Shown one piece after another: positions 35,322-46,913 of a stretch of DNA of 64,000 bases. Location of the stretch: assembly GCA_010093705.1 (NCBI GenBank), contig MU006105.1:349960-413959 (forward strand). The letters run 5' to 3'. Positions within the stretch are counted from its first letter, which is position 1. The number at the start of each line of letters is the position of its first letter. A program made the translations under genes and the position numbers. Under the pieces are notes generated by a model. It did no database searches. It was not told the DNA's origin and saw only the letters and a list, made by a program, of their open reading frames with translations. The DNA comes from Patellaria atrata CBS 101060. Its lineage: Eukaryota.

Positions 35322-37184
35322 TTACTTGAAGAGTAAGAATCCTCCGGGCGGAACGGTGAGCTGGACAGCTTTCCCATTTCTTTTCTCGATCGCGATAGGA
35401 GTGATACTACTCCCCCTAGGATATAAGCACTCCATCACATCGCCTGATTCACCCGTGTGTAAGCCGTCATCTATCGTAACCCATGCCGTACTGGCTTGGG
35501 AGGGGTTTGTATTGATGGCACAAAGTATCTCTTCTTCCGCAAAGATTCGTGACCAGGCGATAATCGAGAGCATCCGATCTACTATTACGTGCGGGTAGCC
35601 GAATTGTACTCCGTCGCCGGAAATCTCGCGAAGGTATTGCCGACCGCGTCGTAGAGCTGGTTCTACTCTTCGAATGCCAGCAATGATCCCTGTCTCCTTG
35701 AATACGTCTTCGTTTTCATTGAAGAAATGTCGTCCTTTCGATCGGAAGGCCCCGAAGTCCCCTCCGAACATGCACTCGCGGATATATCGGTCGCTACCGT
35801 CTCCACCACCACGTCCGTCGAATAATTGTTCGGTACCGTAGTAAATACACGGGATCCCTAATGTGCAGAGGTTCAGGGCTAGAGCTGCGAACACGAGCTC
35901 TTTACCATTCTCCCCAGAGCAGAAACGCGCTTTGTCTGAAGATCTCCACACTTGATCATGGTCATCGATCATGGTAACGATCTTATTGCGAAACCAGGCC
36001 TGGGAGTCCTTATTCAGATACAGTGCGTTACGAAACGAATTAAAGTAGGCTGGTGGATCCGCATAACCCTTTGGTAGTAGCCATAAGTTCCGTTGTACAT
36101 TTCCAATACCGAGAGCAGCATTGAGTCCAGTAGTCTCGACAGTCTGCCAGGCCCGTCCACCGGTAATCTCTCCCACGAGAAAGAAGTTTTCTTTCCCAAT
36201 ACTTTGAGTGAACTCGTGAATGACCGAAGCGAAATATCTAGCCGGCCCGTCTCCCATATGCTTCACGGTATCGATCCTGAAGCCATCCAGGTCCGTAAGC
36301 GCGATCCAGTATTTATACACCTCACACAACGTCTTCAACGCCGAAGTGGGTACAAAACCATCCGGATTATCCTCGCCGATATTGATATCCTTCAGACTGA
36401 AGAAATCTCCTTGTAAATATTCCGGCCACCGGTCCCAGTCTCTGATCTCACCACGGCGAGTAAAACAATCCTCGTCCTGTAACTCCGCAGGCCACACCGC
36501 AGAGTCCCGATACCCTCCAGTCCTATCCGCGATACCGACTCTCTCAAACTCCAGATCCGGTCGTCCCTGCTGATCCCTGAACCCCTGAACCGGATACTCC
36601 TCCCCCCTCCACGGCCCCGCGCCATTCACGTACCCAAATACATCCCCACAATGATTGAGAATGACGTCCAATAAGACATAAATCCCCTCCCTGTGTGCCG
36701 TCTCCACCAACTCTTTCAACTCCTCACTCGTCCCGAACCGCGGCTCCACCTCCAAGAAGTCCTGAACCGCATACCCATGATACAGCCCTGCGTCCCTGGG
36801 AACCTGCTTGAAGACCGGGCCAACCCAGAGCGTCGTGATGCCCAGCCGTTTCAGATACCCCAACTTACTCGTCACGCCCTTGAGCGTGCCGCCGACGAAA
36901 CGACCGCCTGCTTTGAACCATGCGCTCTTCTCTTCGTCGGAGGTAGCGGCGTTGTTAGCGTCGGTTTGGGGGTTGAAGACGGGTGTATTGCCGTGTGTTG
37001 TGTTGGAGTTGAGATCGAGATATCCGTCTTCGTTACCGTCGGAGAACCGGTCGGGGAGGAGGAAGTAGAGAACCTGGTCTTCCCATGCGGCGGGCGAGGG
37101 ATGGAAAACACGGGTCCCGAGACTTTCTTTCGAGAGGAGAGAGCGGACGGATGGGTCATATATACTTTGAGGGGATGACACCAT
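35322..37184 (-). CDS. Intronless glycoside hydrolase family 13 (alpha-amylase family), no signal peptide
   Basis: LYFLLPDRFSDG, GGTLKGV..KLGYLK.LG, YHGY, DVILNH (CSR-I), DGFRIDTVKH (CSR-II), GEI (CSR-III), IDDHD (CSR-IV), GIPCIYYGTEQ. Confidence 0.93.
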   Translation of the reverse strand: MVSSPQSIYDPSVRSLLSKESLGTRVFHPSPAAWEDQVLYFLLPDRFSDGNEDGYLDLNSNTTHGNTPVFNPQTDANNAATSDEEKSAWFKAGGRFVGGTLKGVTSKLGYLKRLGITTLWVGPVFKQVPRDAGLYHGYAVQDFLEVEPRFGTSEELKELVETAHREGIYVLLDVILNHCGDVFGYVNGAGPWRGEEYPVQGFRDQQGRPDLEFERVGIADRTGGYRDSAVWPAELQDEDCFTRRGEIRDWDRWPEYLQGDFFSLKDINIGEDNPDGFVPTSALKTLCEVYKYWIALTDLDGFRIDTVKHMGDGPARYFASVIHEFTQSIGKENFFLVGEITGGRAWQTVETTGLNAALGIGNVQRNLWLLPKGYADPPAYFNSFRNALYLNKDSQAWFRNKIVTMIDDHDQVWRSSDKARFCSGENGKELVFAALALNLCTLGIPCIYYGTEQLFDGRGGGDGSDRYIRECMFGGDFGAFRSKGRHFFNENEDVFKETGIIAGIRRVEPALRRGRQYLREISGDGVQFGYPHVIVDRMLSIIAWSRIFAEEEILCAINTNPSQASTAWVTIDDGLHTGESGDVMECLYPRGSSITPIAIEKRNGKAVQLTVPPGGFLLFK

Positions 37185-38186
37185 GATGAGCGATTACTCG
37201 ATTAGGAAAATACTGATTATCGTGCAGTAGAGCTAGCGTGTTAGGGAATAGTTGATGATCGGGTTTGTGAGCTAAGGTAGGTTTTTAGGTTAGGTAGTAG
37301 AATAGTAAGGTAGAATAGAGGTTTATTTAAGAATCACCATCAGGGTACTGTACTGTAGTTCTGTAGTTCTGTAGTTTCGACCACCCACCTACCTTGCTCG
37401 TTTTTGATGTTCAGCTTCAGCTCCCACCACCACAATTGCTTCTTTCGGCAGCGACAGCTTCTACATACATCCAATATTTTCTCATCTCTCCATAGGGAAA
37501 CAGCACGCCTCCACCTCACAGTGATATCCTCACCGCATACACTATCTCAGACAGCCACATTGCAAAATAAGTTCAGCTGCGGGGAGCTCCGATGCAGCAT
37601 TTCCTGCGTGCACCCTCAGGCTACATTATTCATCGTGTATAAACGTACCTTATTGCATAGTTCTAAGGTACATACAGTACAGCGAAACTAGCATACGGGC
37701 ATCGATAAACATCCTAGTCGTTCTTAAGGTATGCTGGGTGAAGATTTGTGTAGGTGCATCCTAGAGTGGGCTATGGAAAGAACTATTTACGTGTCGAGGC
37801 TCTGCGTTGAAGTACATTGTTTACGTACTTGACATTTCTCGCAGCTCTCTTCGAGCAAAATGGGGACTTAGTGGGCGACTACCTGGGCGTATTTATTGTC
37901 AAAGAGATGAAAAGAAATCAGCCTAAACAAATCAAATATTGGAGTTTATGCTGTGTTGAAAATATGGAGTAAATGGGTATATAACGCCGATAGATGCTCG
38001 GGTACAGTAGAAATCCACCTCTATAACGCGAAGAAAAGAAACCGTCGGAAAGTAGAACATGGGTCTATGGCGAGGCTTTTTGATACCCTCAAGCCGTGAG
38101 CATCATACCCATTAGCGTGAATCGAAACCCACAATAATGCCCATTCCACACCATGGAAGTCAGGCTCAGAGCACCCCGCTCATTCC

Positions 38187-39563
38187 CTACTTCCTCTTCC
38201 CCTTCGGCGTCCCCTCCATCAACAACCCCGTCCCAGCGCCTTTCATCCTCATCACCGCGCCCTCAATCTCCTCCCTCTTCCCCTTAACTGCCAAATCCCT
38301 CTGGGTAAGCTCCTCCTCAAAGGCCCTCTCTAACTCGCGCTTTTCCCTCCTTGCCGCCGTCATCTTCTTCACCGTCTCCGCGAACTGCTCGACGAACCAG
38401 TCACCAGCGTCCTCCCACTCGGCGAGGGAGAGGGAAGAGAGGAAGCGGGATTGGTCTTCCGGGGTGCTGGTGCGGAGGTGGGAGAGGCGGGCGGGAAGGG
38501 GGAGGGTAGATTTCGCGGGGGGTAGAGGGTTAGGGGGGGGATTTGGGTTGATGTCGAAGGGCTCGGTTGCGAGGGTTGGGTAGGGTTTGCGTTTTAGGGC
38601 GCTTGGGGGGTAGTCGAGGTCGGGCTCGTTGGGGTCAGGTTGGGGTTTCGGTTCTTGCTTGATTTTGGGGAGGGGTTGATGCTGAGGTTGGGGCAGAGGT
38701 TGGTTTTGAGGCTGGAATGTAGTTGCGGATCGAGATATATTTCGACTTTGAATATTCAGTGGTAGTTTCTGGAACGCTCTAGATGGTTGGGGTGGTGCGG
38801 GTTGTGATCGATGGAATTGACGATTTTGGAATGTCACTTGTTGTTGACGAGGGTCTTGTTGACGGAATGTCTGCTGTATTGGTTCCTCGTACACGGTTTC
38901 TGGGCCGAGTTCGGGATGACCAGATGTAGTAGACGGGTAGGAATTGTTCTCAGCGAAAGCATCGACAGGTTGTTCGTCGTCCTCGTAAGTCTCGTTATGG
39001 TATCCGTGCTGAGCATTTTGTTCGATTCGCATCATATCATGAAATTGATCCAAGGTCCTGAGTTGCTCTTGGCTAATAGGTCGTTCATCCTCCATATCTA
39101 CTTCTTCCTCATCGTCCTCTTCATCACCAACCTCTTTCTCACTGCTGGTTTCATTAACCGGATCTGGTTGCCCTTGATACTGTCGACGGTTCTCAAAATC
39201 ATTCTGACGAAAGCGGCCCTGTTCTTCCAAATGAAAGTTACCAGTAGTAGTCGTATCTCCAATACTTTCAGCATCTGTATCAAAGGTATCACGTTGTCCT
39301 TGCTCGGCATTGTAAGTAACCGGACGGCCTTGATTGCTAGATTGGTGATTCCGCGAAGTGATTCCCCTTTGAAGATCTCCTTGGTTTCGAGGTTGAACCT
39401 GAGAACTCATCGGGGGCGATGCTAAGTGCGTCTTCGGCACAACAACCCTAGCATTCTGAGCGCGTTGCTGGCGAGATGAGAGTTGCTGCTGCTGTTGAGG
39501 TTGGCCATGAGAAGGACTACCAGCACGACCTCCACGGTTTATGAAGCTCGATAAACCAGCCAT
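38187..39563 (-). CDS. ECM11 C-terminal domain protein with a long Gln-rich disordered N-terminus
   Basis: DLDYPP..L....Y..L..EPFD..P and FLSSLSLAEWEDAGDWFVEQF...R..KR.L...FEEE pattern of the ECM11 family; first ATG at 39563. Confidence 0.8.
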   Translation of the reverse strand: MAGLSSFINRGGRAGSPSHGQPQQQQQLSSRQQRAQNARVVVPKTHLASPPMSSQVQPRNQGDLQRGITSRNHQSSNQGRPVTYNAEQGQRDTFDTDAESIGDTTTTGNFHLEEQGRFRQNDFENRRQYQGQPDPVNETSSEKEVGDEEDDEEEVDMEDERPISQEQLRTLDQFHDMMRIEQNAQHGYHNETYEDDEQPVDAFAENNSYPSTTSGHPELGPETVYEEPIQQTFRQQDPRQQQVTFQNRQFHRSQPAPPQPSRAFQKLPLNIQSRNISRSATTFQPQNQPLPQPQHQPLPKIKQEPKPQPDPNEPDLDYPPSALKRKPYPTLATEPFDINPNPPPNPLPPAKSTLPLPARLSHLRTSTPEDQSRFLSSLSLAEWEDAGDWFVEQFAETVKKMTAARREKRELERAFEEELTQRDLAVKGKREEIEGAVMRMKGAGTGLLMEGTPKGKRK

Positions 39564-39870
39564 GACTGTTGACTTCACAGGAGTAGAAGGAAATAGAGAA
39601 AGAGAGGAATCTACCTACGGAGGGGAGAGTTTATAGTGCGAGACGCGTGCTCACGTGTAGTGCTGAAGTTTAGAAATGGGCAGGGGGAGGTGACGAGCGC
39701 CGAGCATCCCCCCTGGTACTGGTATCCCTACCTTATCCTTATCCGCATCCTCATATAGAACTATCGTGGGGCAGCTTTATGGTCACGTAGAATAAACAAA
39801 AACTCACCTAGAGTCAATCCAACCTAACCTCCATGATATCGACATCTCATTCTTAGACAATCTTTTCACC

Positions 39871-40972
39871 ATGGCCCCCGAGATAATGGGTCAACCCCCT
39901 ATACCAATGCCTCGCGCTGCTCTAGTGGCACTACCCAACGAAGTTCTCCTTGAGATCTTCTCCCTTATACCTACGCTCAACCTGCTCTCCCTCACACCAA
40001 TTCACAGCCGCATTTACGCCATTATCCTAAGAGTCCTGCACGATCGCCTCGTCCGCGCCGCTCACGTAACATTCAAGACGCACGCCCTTCACTTCTCTTG
40101 TCATCCCTCTTTCGCCCATTTCCGCCCTCTATGGTGCGAATACCTAGGTACCCCGGGCCTCGACTGCGACCAAACAGGTCAATTGAGCGCGAGCGCCCGC
40201 CGAAATGAAGAGGCAAGCTGGAAAGGGAGATGGAACCCCGACAGTTCACCAGCCAGACTCGGCGAGCTCAAGAATCTCTACTGCCGCTTCAAGCCTCTAA
40301 CCAAAGGAAACCGATGGATCAAGCGGAAGAAGCTGTTTAGAATCACGCTGAAAGATTTCGACTACCAAACGCAGGGGGTCCATCGACAGTTCTGGTGGCA
40401 AGAAGACGCCAATCATCATATCACCCGTCGTCAGGTCTATCTCGAAGACGGTGAACTCTTTACCCAGTTGGTGGCCACCGCTAGTCTTTTGAGGCTCGAC
40501 CCACATCGCATCGCGGAGTATCCTTCCTGGGTAGGGCACCGGACGGAAGAAGATGTCAAACTCGGTAGAGGTGTGGTGAGGCTTTGGAGAGATTGGCTTG
40601 GTTCGGCTGTAAAAGACGTCAAAGATCAAGTCTGTGCGGTAATAGGGACCTCCAAGGAGAAAGACGCAGCCGACAAGATCATGTGGATCAACCCAACGGA
40701 AAACATAGGCATTAAGTTTGGTGTCAACTACGGCGAAGTTGCCAGGAACATTCTAGTGTATAACCCTAGGGAAGATGTAAAATTTCCTTTTCGTTATACA
40801 CTTCAGTACGATGGTGAGTTGCTTCGTATTCCGTTTCACCACATTCCATCTTTCGCAAGCTCTTGCTTATTCCATAGCAGAACTCTATGTGCGAACATCA
40901 CACCTTCTACTCATGTTGGAGGACGAAGAAGAACGTGTCGAGAAGACGGTGTTCTTACTTCGTCATCTCTAG
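39871..40972 (+). CDS. F-box protein; exons 39871-40813 and 40881-40972
   Basis: LVALPNEVLLEIFSL F-box; LEDGELFTQL, GVVRLWRDWL; donor GTGAGT at 40814 and acceptor CAG restore ELYVRTSHLLL. Confidence 0.8.
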
Positions 40973-42053
40973 TTCTAAGCCTTTCACGTCTACATATTGA
41001 TACCCCCTTTCGCTACCCTTCTTATGATCCCCTCATTTCCTTTCATATACGCTGTACGATATTGCCTCGTTTTTCCCCTATCTCATATATCTCGGTGGAG
41101 TCAAATTCTCTCATTTACGGTGGAAATGTGCAATATACCCCGAACCCAGTGTTTGATTCTAGAAGACAAAGCTACGGTAACCGAAGTGTACTAGACGGTA
41201 GATTTAGTTGTCCCTTGGGGTTTTCTTTACTTTCACCCCACAAATTCATACCCAGAACTTCTCATTCCTATCTTATACACTTTGGCGGAGCCGGTGAACA
41301 TGTATGCACAATATATACCATAATGTGAGGGCTTAGTTCAAAAAATAAAACAAAAATATCTATATATATTACACTACAAGATCCAGTATCTCTCCCCCCA
41401 CCCTTCCCCCCTCCTCTTCCCCCCCTCTCTCACTGATTCACATTCCCCCTAACCATCCCCTCGACTCTCTCGTCCTATCATACACCCTGGTGAATTCAAT
41501 CTCTCACTTATGGCAGATACATACTATCCCCCAAACCTAGCGCTCGTAAAAAACCAGATAAACCTCCTCGCACCGTTTGGATCAGATATAGTTATCCAGT
41601 TCTATACCTCACCCTTAACCTTCATACGGACTACAAACACCACGACGCCGACCAGGAGCCCACACACGCCGAAACGCTTAACCCCGAATCTACCAATCTA
41701 TAATCTCCTCTCCTCGCCATCCCGATCTCCATATCCCACACTTAAACCCGATTTTCCCACTTACACGCTTCCAAAAGACCCCATCTCAGTCCCGATGAAC
41801 GCCTCGCACCGTTCGAGAGAGTAGTCGTGATTAAATCGGGGTTCGACATGTCTATTTTGGTTGGGGAGGTGTGGTATATCGGATATTTCTATACTGATCC
41901 CACAAACCCCTTGGTTCCTTGGAAATTGGAGTTCAGTCGCACTGGGACTTTTATGATACCGCATCCTCATCCCGTTCATAACTCAATCCCACTCCCGGCT
42001 AAGCCCCGATTAAAATTATACCCACCCCCAGCTCCCCACCGACACTATCGAGA

Positions 42054-44300
42054 CTACTGATAACCACCCCACACACGCCCTCTCCAATCCCGCTCCTCGT
42101 AACTCATAGTGGCGCACCAGGGAATCTCATCCCGCGTATACGGGACGAGTGGGATATCATACGGCATCCTAAACCCCACGACCGTCTTTCTATTTCCATT
42201 TCCGTTTCTGGGATTTAAGTTTGAGTTTGGGTGTAGGAGAGCTAGCTCATTCGCGTTTGTGACCGTAGTTCGACTGTTTGGAAAATAACTCGTTTCACGT
42301 GGCTGGGACGAAGCGAGATCAGAAAACGTAGGCATATCGCGTCCGAAGATGGGAACCATGATGGTGTCTTCCCGTTGTCTCTGTTCTCGATTTTCAGGCT
42401 GTTCTTCTCCACCGAATAAACCCGGCCAAACCACAACCCCGACTTCCCAACTACATATCCTTACCGTTTCCCCATCCCCATTGACCTCATCCTCTTTCCC
42501 AGCCTTCCCCCCCTTCTTCTTCCCCGTCGAGGTCCCCGGTCCCGACCCCCAAGCCTGAGTGCTCAAATTTGCACTGCTGATGAGCGCCCACTCGATCCCC
42601 GTGCACTCGGGGTCGGAGAAGCAGATATATGTTTTCACGTGCGGAGCCGCTCGTTCTCTTTTTGCACTCCTTTCCGGCACAGAAGCCAGCCTTGTCTTCG
42701 CAGTTACGACCGCGGGTGAAGGAGCAGTGGACGATGGGGGATGGGTGAAATATGTCGAGAGCTTGGACTGCGGTCGTGTGGGTGGGGTACTGGTAGGATT
42801 GAAGGTTGTGGAGGTAGTGAAATGGGTAAGAGAGGCAGTGGAGGTAGGAGCAGAACCCCAACGTCTCAACAGCGGCCTCAGATACTCCAACTGCCTCCTC
42901 TGCGCCTGTGTCTGGATCTTAACGTGAATGCTGCCCCCCGCCGCGTACCCATCCAAACTCCCTCTGATCTCGTCCGGCGTCGGGAAAACGAGGGAGAAAG
43001 TCGGTCCCGGGCTTTGTTTTCCGTCGGAAGTCATGGAGTCTGTGAAATTTGGAGAGGTCGTGGACAAAACCCCCATGAACCCCTTAAGCCACTTGTCAGT
43101 CTGGCCTAATGTCGCGATCGACGATACTTGTATCACTATGTGCCGGTCGTTCTGCTGGGACCGCGGAGCTGGGATCGCGGATAGGACTTCTCTTAGCCCG
43201 ATCCAGCCCCAAGCTGCCTTCCGTGGGTCCCGCGGCTGTACGGGTTGTTTGCACGGCGTGCTGGCTACCAACGCGGCTTTGATTGCTGAGAAGTCGTAGT
43301 GGGCGAGTTGGGTGACTAGGGATTTGAGACGGGAGCCGTAGGCTGAGAGGTAGGAGAGGAGGTCGTGTTTGAAGCGGATGCTGGAGCCAAAGGGGTGGAG
43401 CTCGGGGTTGAAGGGGATATCACTTCTTTCTTCTTCACAACTTCCTAGACCATCGTTTAAGTTGAGGTTTGAGTGCGTGTTGAAAAGCTTCGATGGGAGG
43501 AGGGGAAGTAAAGGAGAACGCCATAAAGCCTGTGTCATATTCCTCCAATCCTGGGGGATGATATTCGCGGTATGAATGACGACCTGCGCCGAATCGTCAT
43601 GGCGGATCAACACCATCATCTTCGAATGATGCGTACCGAACGGCTCGGGCATGTATGCCGGAATCAGACTGACGTTCGTATATTCTCTCGCCTGTTGCTC
43701 GAGGTTTATCCTCCTCTCATCCTCGCGCTTCCAGAAGCCGTGCACGATTTTGATGGCAACGGTGGATCGGACGTCTTCGTCCAGTGCGGCCATGAGAAAG
43801 GGGATGTCGAAGAGGAAGTTGAATTGCCAGCATTCCTTTAGCAGAGGGTCTTTCAGGATATCCTCGATCCCGACTGTGTCGACGTTACACTCTGGGCCGA
43901 GATCTCTGATTCTGGTGAGTTGAATTGGGGAGGGGATAAACTTTATGGAATCTTCCTCCTGTTTTGACGTCTCTGGGTAAGAACTCAAATTTTTGACTTC
44001 GGTTATCCGGCCAGAGTCAAAATCCATGGTAGGGTTGTAATCCTCGTCTTGAAAGAGTGTGACCCTTTCGTTCCGTCTTCTCACGAGCGTAGGTGGACTA
44101 ATCCCTCTCTCAAGTGAACCTGGCATTCTAGCTGTCCCAAGCTCTTCAATCCTCCCTCCTACCTCAGATCCACCCCGATTCCCAGTTCCCACCACCGAAG
44201 AAAGAAAATCCATACACTCACGATCAAGTTTAATCGCTACACTCCCACTCTCAATCCTGCGCTTCTTAAACGGAGATCCTAGCTCTTCCCCGCTGTCCAT
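42054..44300 (-). CDS. TDP1: Tyrosyl-DNA phosphodiesterase 1
   Basis: Two HxK motifs (FGTHHSKM, APHVKTY), HTAN, SANLSTQAWG, SWEVGV, RMPYDIPL.PY...IPW; first ATG at 44300. Confidence 0.95.
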   Translation of the reverse strand: MDSGEELGSPFKKRRIESGSVAIKLDRECMDFLSSVVGTGNRGGSEVGGRIEELGTARMPGSLERGISPPTLVRRRNERVTLFQDEDYNPTMDFDSGRITEVKNLSSYPETSKQEEDSIKFIPSPIQLTRIRDLGPECNVDTVGIEDILKDPLLKECWQFNFLFDIPFLMAALDEDVRSTVAIKIVHGFWKREDERRINLEQQAREYTNVSLIPAYMPEPFGTHHSKMMVLIRHDDSAQVVIHTANIIPQDWRNMTQALWRSPLLPLLPSKLFNTHSNLNLNDGLGSCEEERSDIPFNPELHPFGSSIRFKHDLLSYLSAYGSRLKSLVTQLAHYDFSAIKAALVASTPCKQPVQPRDPRKAAWGWIGLREVLSAIPAPRSQQNDRHIVIQVSSIATLGQTDKWLKGFMGVLSTTSPNFTDSMTSDGKQSPGPTFSLVFPTPDEIRGSLDGYAAGGSIHVKIQTQAQRRQLEYLRPLLRRWGSAPTSTASLTHFTTSTTFNPTSTPPTRPQSKLSTYFTHPPSSTAPSPAVVTAKTRLASVPERSAKRERAAPHVKTYICFSDPECTGIEWALISSANLSTQAWGSGPGTSTGKKKGGKAGKEDEVNGDGETVRICSWEVGVVVWPGLFGGEEQPENREQRQREDTIMVPIFGRDMPTFSDLASSQPRETSYFPNSRTTVTNANELALLHPNSNLNPRNGNGNRKTVVGFRMPYDIPLVPYTRDEIPWCATMSYEERDWRGRVWGGYQ

Positions 44301-44811
44301 GCTCACGGCTGTTCTATTTCGAGCGACCAATTACTCGAAACTATGATCTTAACGGAATCCACAGAAACAGCCAAACGGCCGTATTATTGCCTCGGAAAAT
44401 AATTCGAAAGAAAGCAATGCGAAAGGTCCAACACGAAAGACGAAGTTAGAGGTTCATGCCTGGCCTTGGCAGACCCTCTCAATCCACTTTAGGAAGTCAG
44501 AAAACAGTCAAGTCCAGTGTCACGAATCACAATTGAATAAGTTGTTGAAATTTCATATTTCTCAATTCCACTCCTATCTACACTTTTGAATCATCCATAG
44601 CATAGTATCGCTCATTAGAGCCACCTTGTCATCTGAAGGGCCTAATTTACAACGAGCGCACGAAAAGGAGGAAGTATCATCAGACCGTCCCATAATATCA
44701 TAATAAAAGCCCTCCATTGATTGAAACGCCTTCACCGATGCTGCGCCAAATACCCTGAATGATTTAGAAAATCTTTCGCTGAACGCACAATCCACACCCA
44801 AGTTCATTAAT

Positions 44812-46313
44812 CTAAGCAGCAGCGGCCGGTTCGCTCGGCACCTGCACTTTCGTGACCTGGTTGCCTGCACGAATGATGCGATTGCCATTCTCATCCTTGA
44901 CATATTGAACGTCCTTGTTTTCCCGCTGGGCCCGCTTCCAGATCTCGACTTCCATACCACCTCGGATAACACCAACGCGCATGGTGGAAAGGAGATTGTG
45001 AGCGGCGTTGGAGTGATTATAGACACCACCGTTGAACATAGCAGTAGCGTCCTTACCGAGACCAGAACGGATCATAGCCTTTCCACCAGGGTGATCATTG
45101 ATGAAGTCGGTAACATCGTGGACAACACCAGCAACCGCAACGAGACAACGGCCATTCTCACATTGATCAACGAAATCATCCCACTCGATAACAGGGAGTT
45201 GGTCAAGAGGAACACCCCAATCGAGGGTAGCACGCTTCTGATCGAGCTTCTTCTGGAGTTGTTGAACACGGCCCTTCTCGATTTCGTTGGAGCGGAACTG
45301 CTTGAGGTCATATGCCAAGCCAAGTTTCTTCATTGTCCAGATGAACCACTTGGTGGGATCATATTGCCACCATTCAATAGCGTTGCGGTAATCCGAGGGG
45401 AACTCATGGTGGAAGTTGTGGTAACCCTCTCCAAGAGTGACAAGAGCGGTGAGGACGTGATCACGTGGGCTATTGCGGTCGTCGAAAGGTTGATCTCCGA
45501 GCCAATGAGCAAGGGAATTGACACAGAAAGTGGCTTGTTGGACGAAGAAAATGCGGAGAATGCCAGCGTAGACGTAGCCACCTAACATATCACCCCAGAG
45601 ACCGGCAAACAAGGTTGGGAAGATCAGACCGGCGAAGATGACGACTTTGAGATAGTGACGATGTTGCCAAACAACAACCTTGTCGTCATTGAGATCAGTG
45701 ATATCGACACGGCCTATCCTCTTGGGATTTTGCTTCATAACCATCCAACCGATATGAGAATAAAGGAGACCCTTCCTGACGCTATAGGGATCCTTGTCGG
45801 TATCGGTATAACGGTGATGAGCACGATGATCGCGAGACCACCAGCGAATAGAACCTTCGACAGCACCGCCAGCAACGAACGCGAAGAAGACCTTCAGTGG
45901 AGTGCCTGCATTGTACGACTTGTGACTATATATAGACTGTTAGTATGTTGTAATAGAATCTGAAAACAGTGAGCAAAGACTTACGCCCAGAGTCTATGAT
46001 GACCAGCAGTGATTCCAAGGCCAGTAGCGAAGTAGTACAGCACAGCGAAGAGAGCGGTCTGCCAACGTAGAGGGACCCAGAAAGCCATGATACAGCCAGA
46101 AAGTGGCATGCCAATGATGAGAGAGACATTTAGCCAATTGACATGCTTGTACCAATTTGACTTGGTGATAGGGGTATCGGTGATGTGAGGCTTGTTCGGG
46201 TTATAGGCCTTTGACCTGTTAGGTTCAGAGGTCTTCGCCATGGGGGATGGTTGGGAAGACATGAAGTTGGGATCTACTGCAAGTTCGCCGGCGGTAGGTT
46301 GATGTGAAGGCAT
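44812..46313 (-). CDS. OLE1: Acyl-CoA delta-9 desaturase with fused cytochrome b5; intron 45926-45984
   Basis: His boxes [19 protein letters not shown]; cytochrome b5 HPGG motif. Confidence 0.97.
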
Positions 46314-46904
46314 CTCTGCGATCACTCAAGTCCCAGGTAGGACTTGATATGAGAGAGCGGATGGGGAGTATCCGCTGAGATGGGGGTGTGGATGTCGAAG
46401 CGAAGGTTATGGATGACAGTTGGAAGAGCAAAGTCAGTCAGGAAAGAGGGAATGTGGGAGTGATATATTGTGGTGAAACTTGGTCCGTGCAATCAATTGG
46501 TTGTCTTCAGAGAAATAGTCCGGTTTGGAGGCCAGAGCTGATTTGGACGGAAGAGAGGATATCATTGGTAGATGTTTGTAAAATAATGTGGCATGCTGGG
46601 GGGAAGACAGCTCAAGGCAGAGTGGATGGGGCGGTGAAGATTTCAGATCATAGGTTAGAGGGGAGTGATAATAGTGGGATATTGCAGGTGTTGGCCATGT
46701 TAGCAGGTCAATCTTTCACTGTCTAGAGTTGTTTACAACTTTTGGTTGGGGAAGACTGATGAGCTTTGGAAGGTGTCGGCAGACGTAGAACTCTCAACAA
46801 TAAAATGCTTGGTATGCTCTGCAGCCAATGACAACCCTTCGGTTCCTGGATTTGACTGGCTCTACAGCAAATCTCCTAATCTAGACGACGGAGCCGCGAC
46901 ACAT

Positions 46905-46913
46905 TCACGTGAC
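46905..46913. promoter_or_regulatory. Palindromic E-box TCACGTGA (SREBP/Cbf1-type bHLH site) ~600 bp upstream of OLE1
   Basis: Motif read directly; function inferred only from the lipid-gene context. Confidence 0.3.

Noticed and set aside
40814..41328. C-terminal 170 aa of the 485-aa ORF
   Set aside because: Read-through into an intron and 3'UTR; splicing at 40814-40880 gives the family-like C-terminus ending at 40972.
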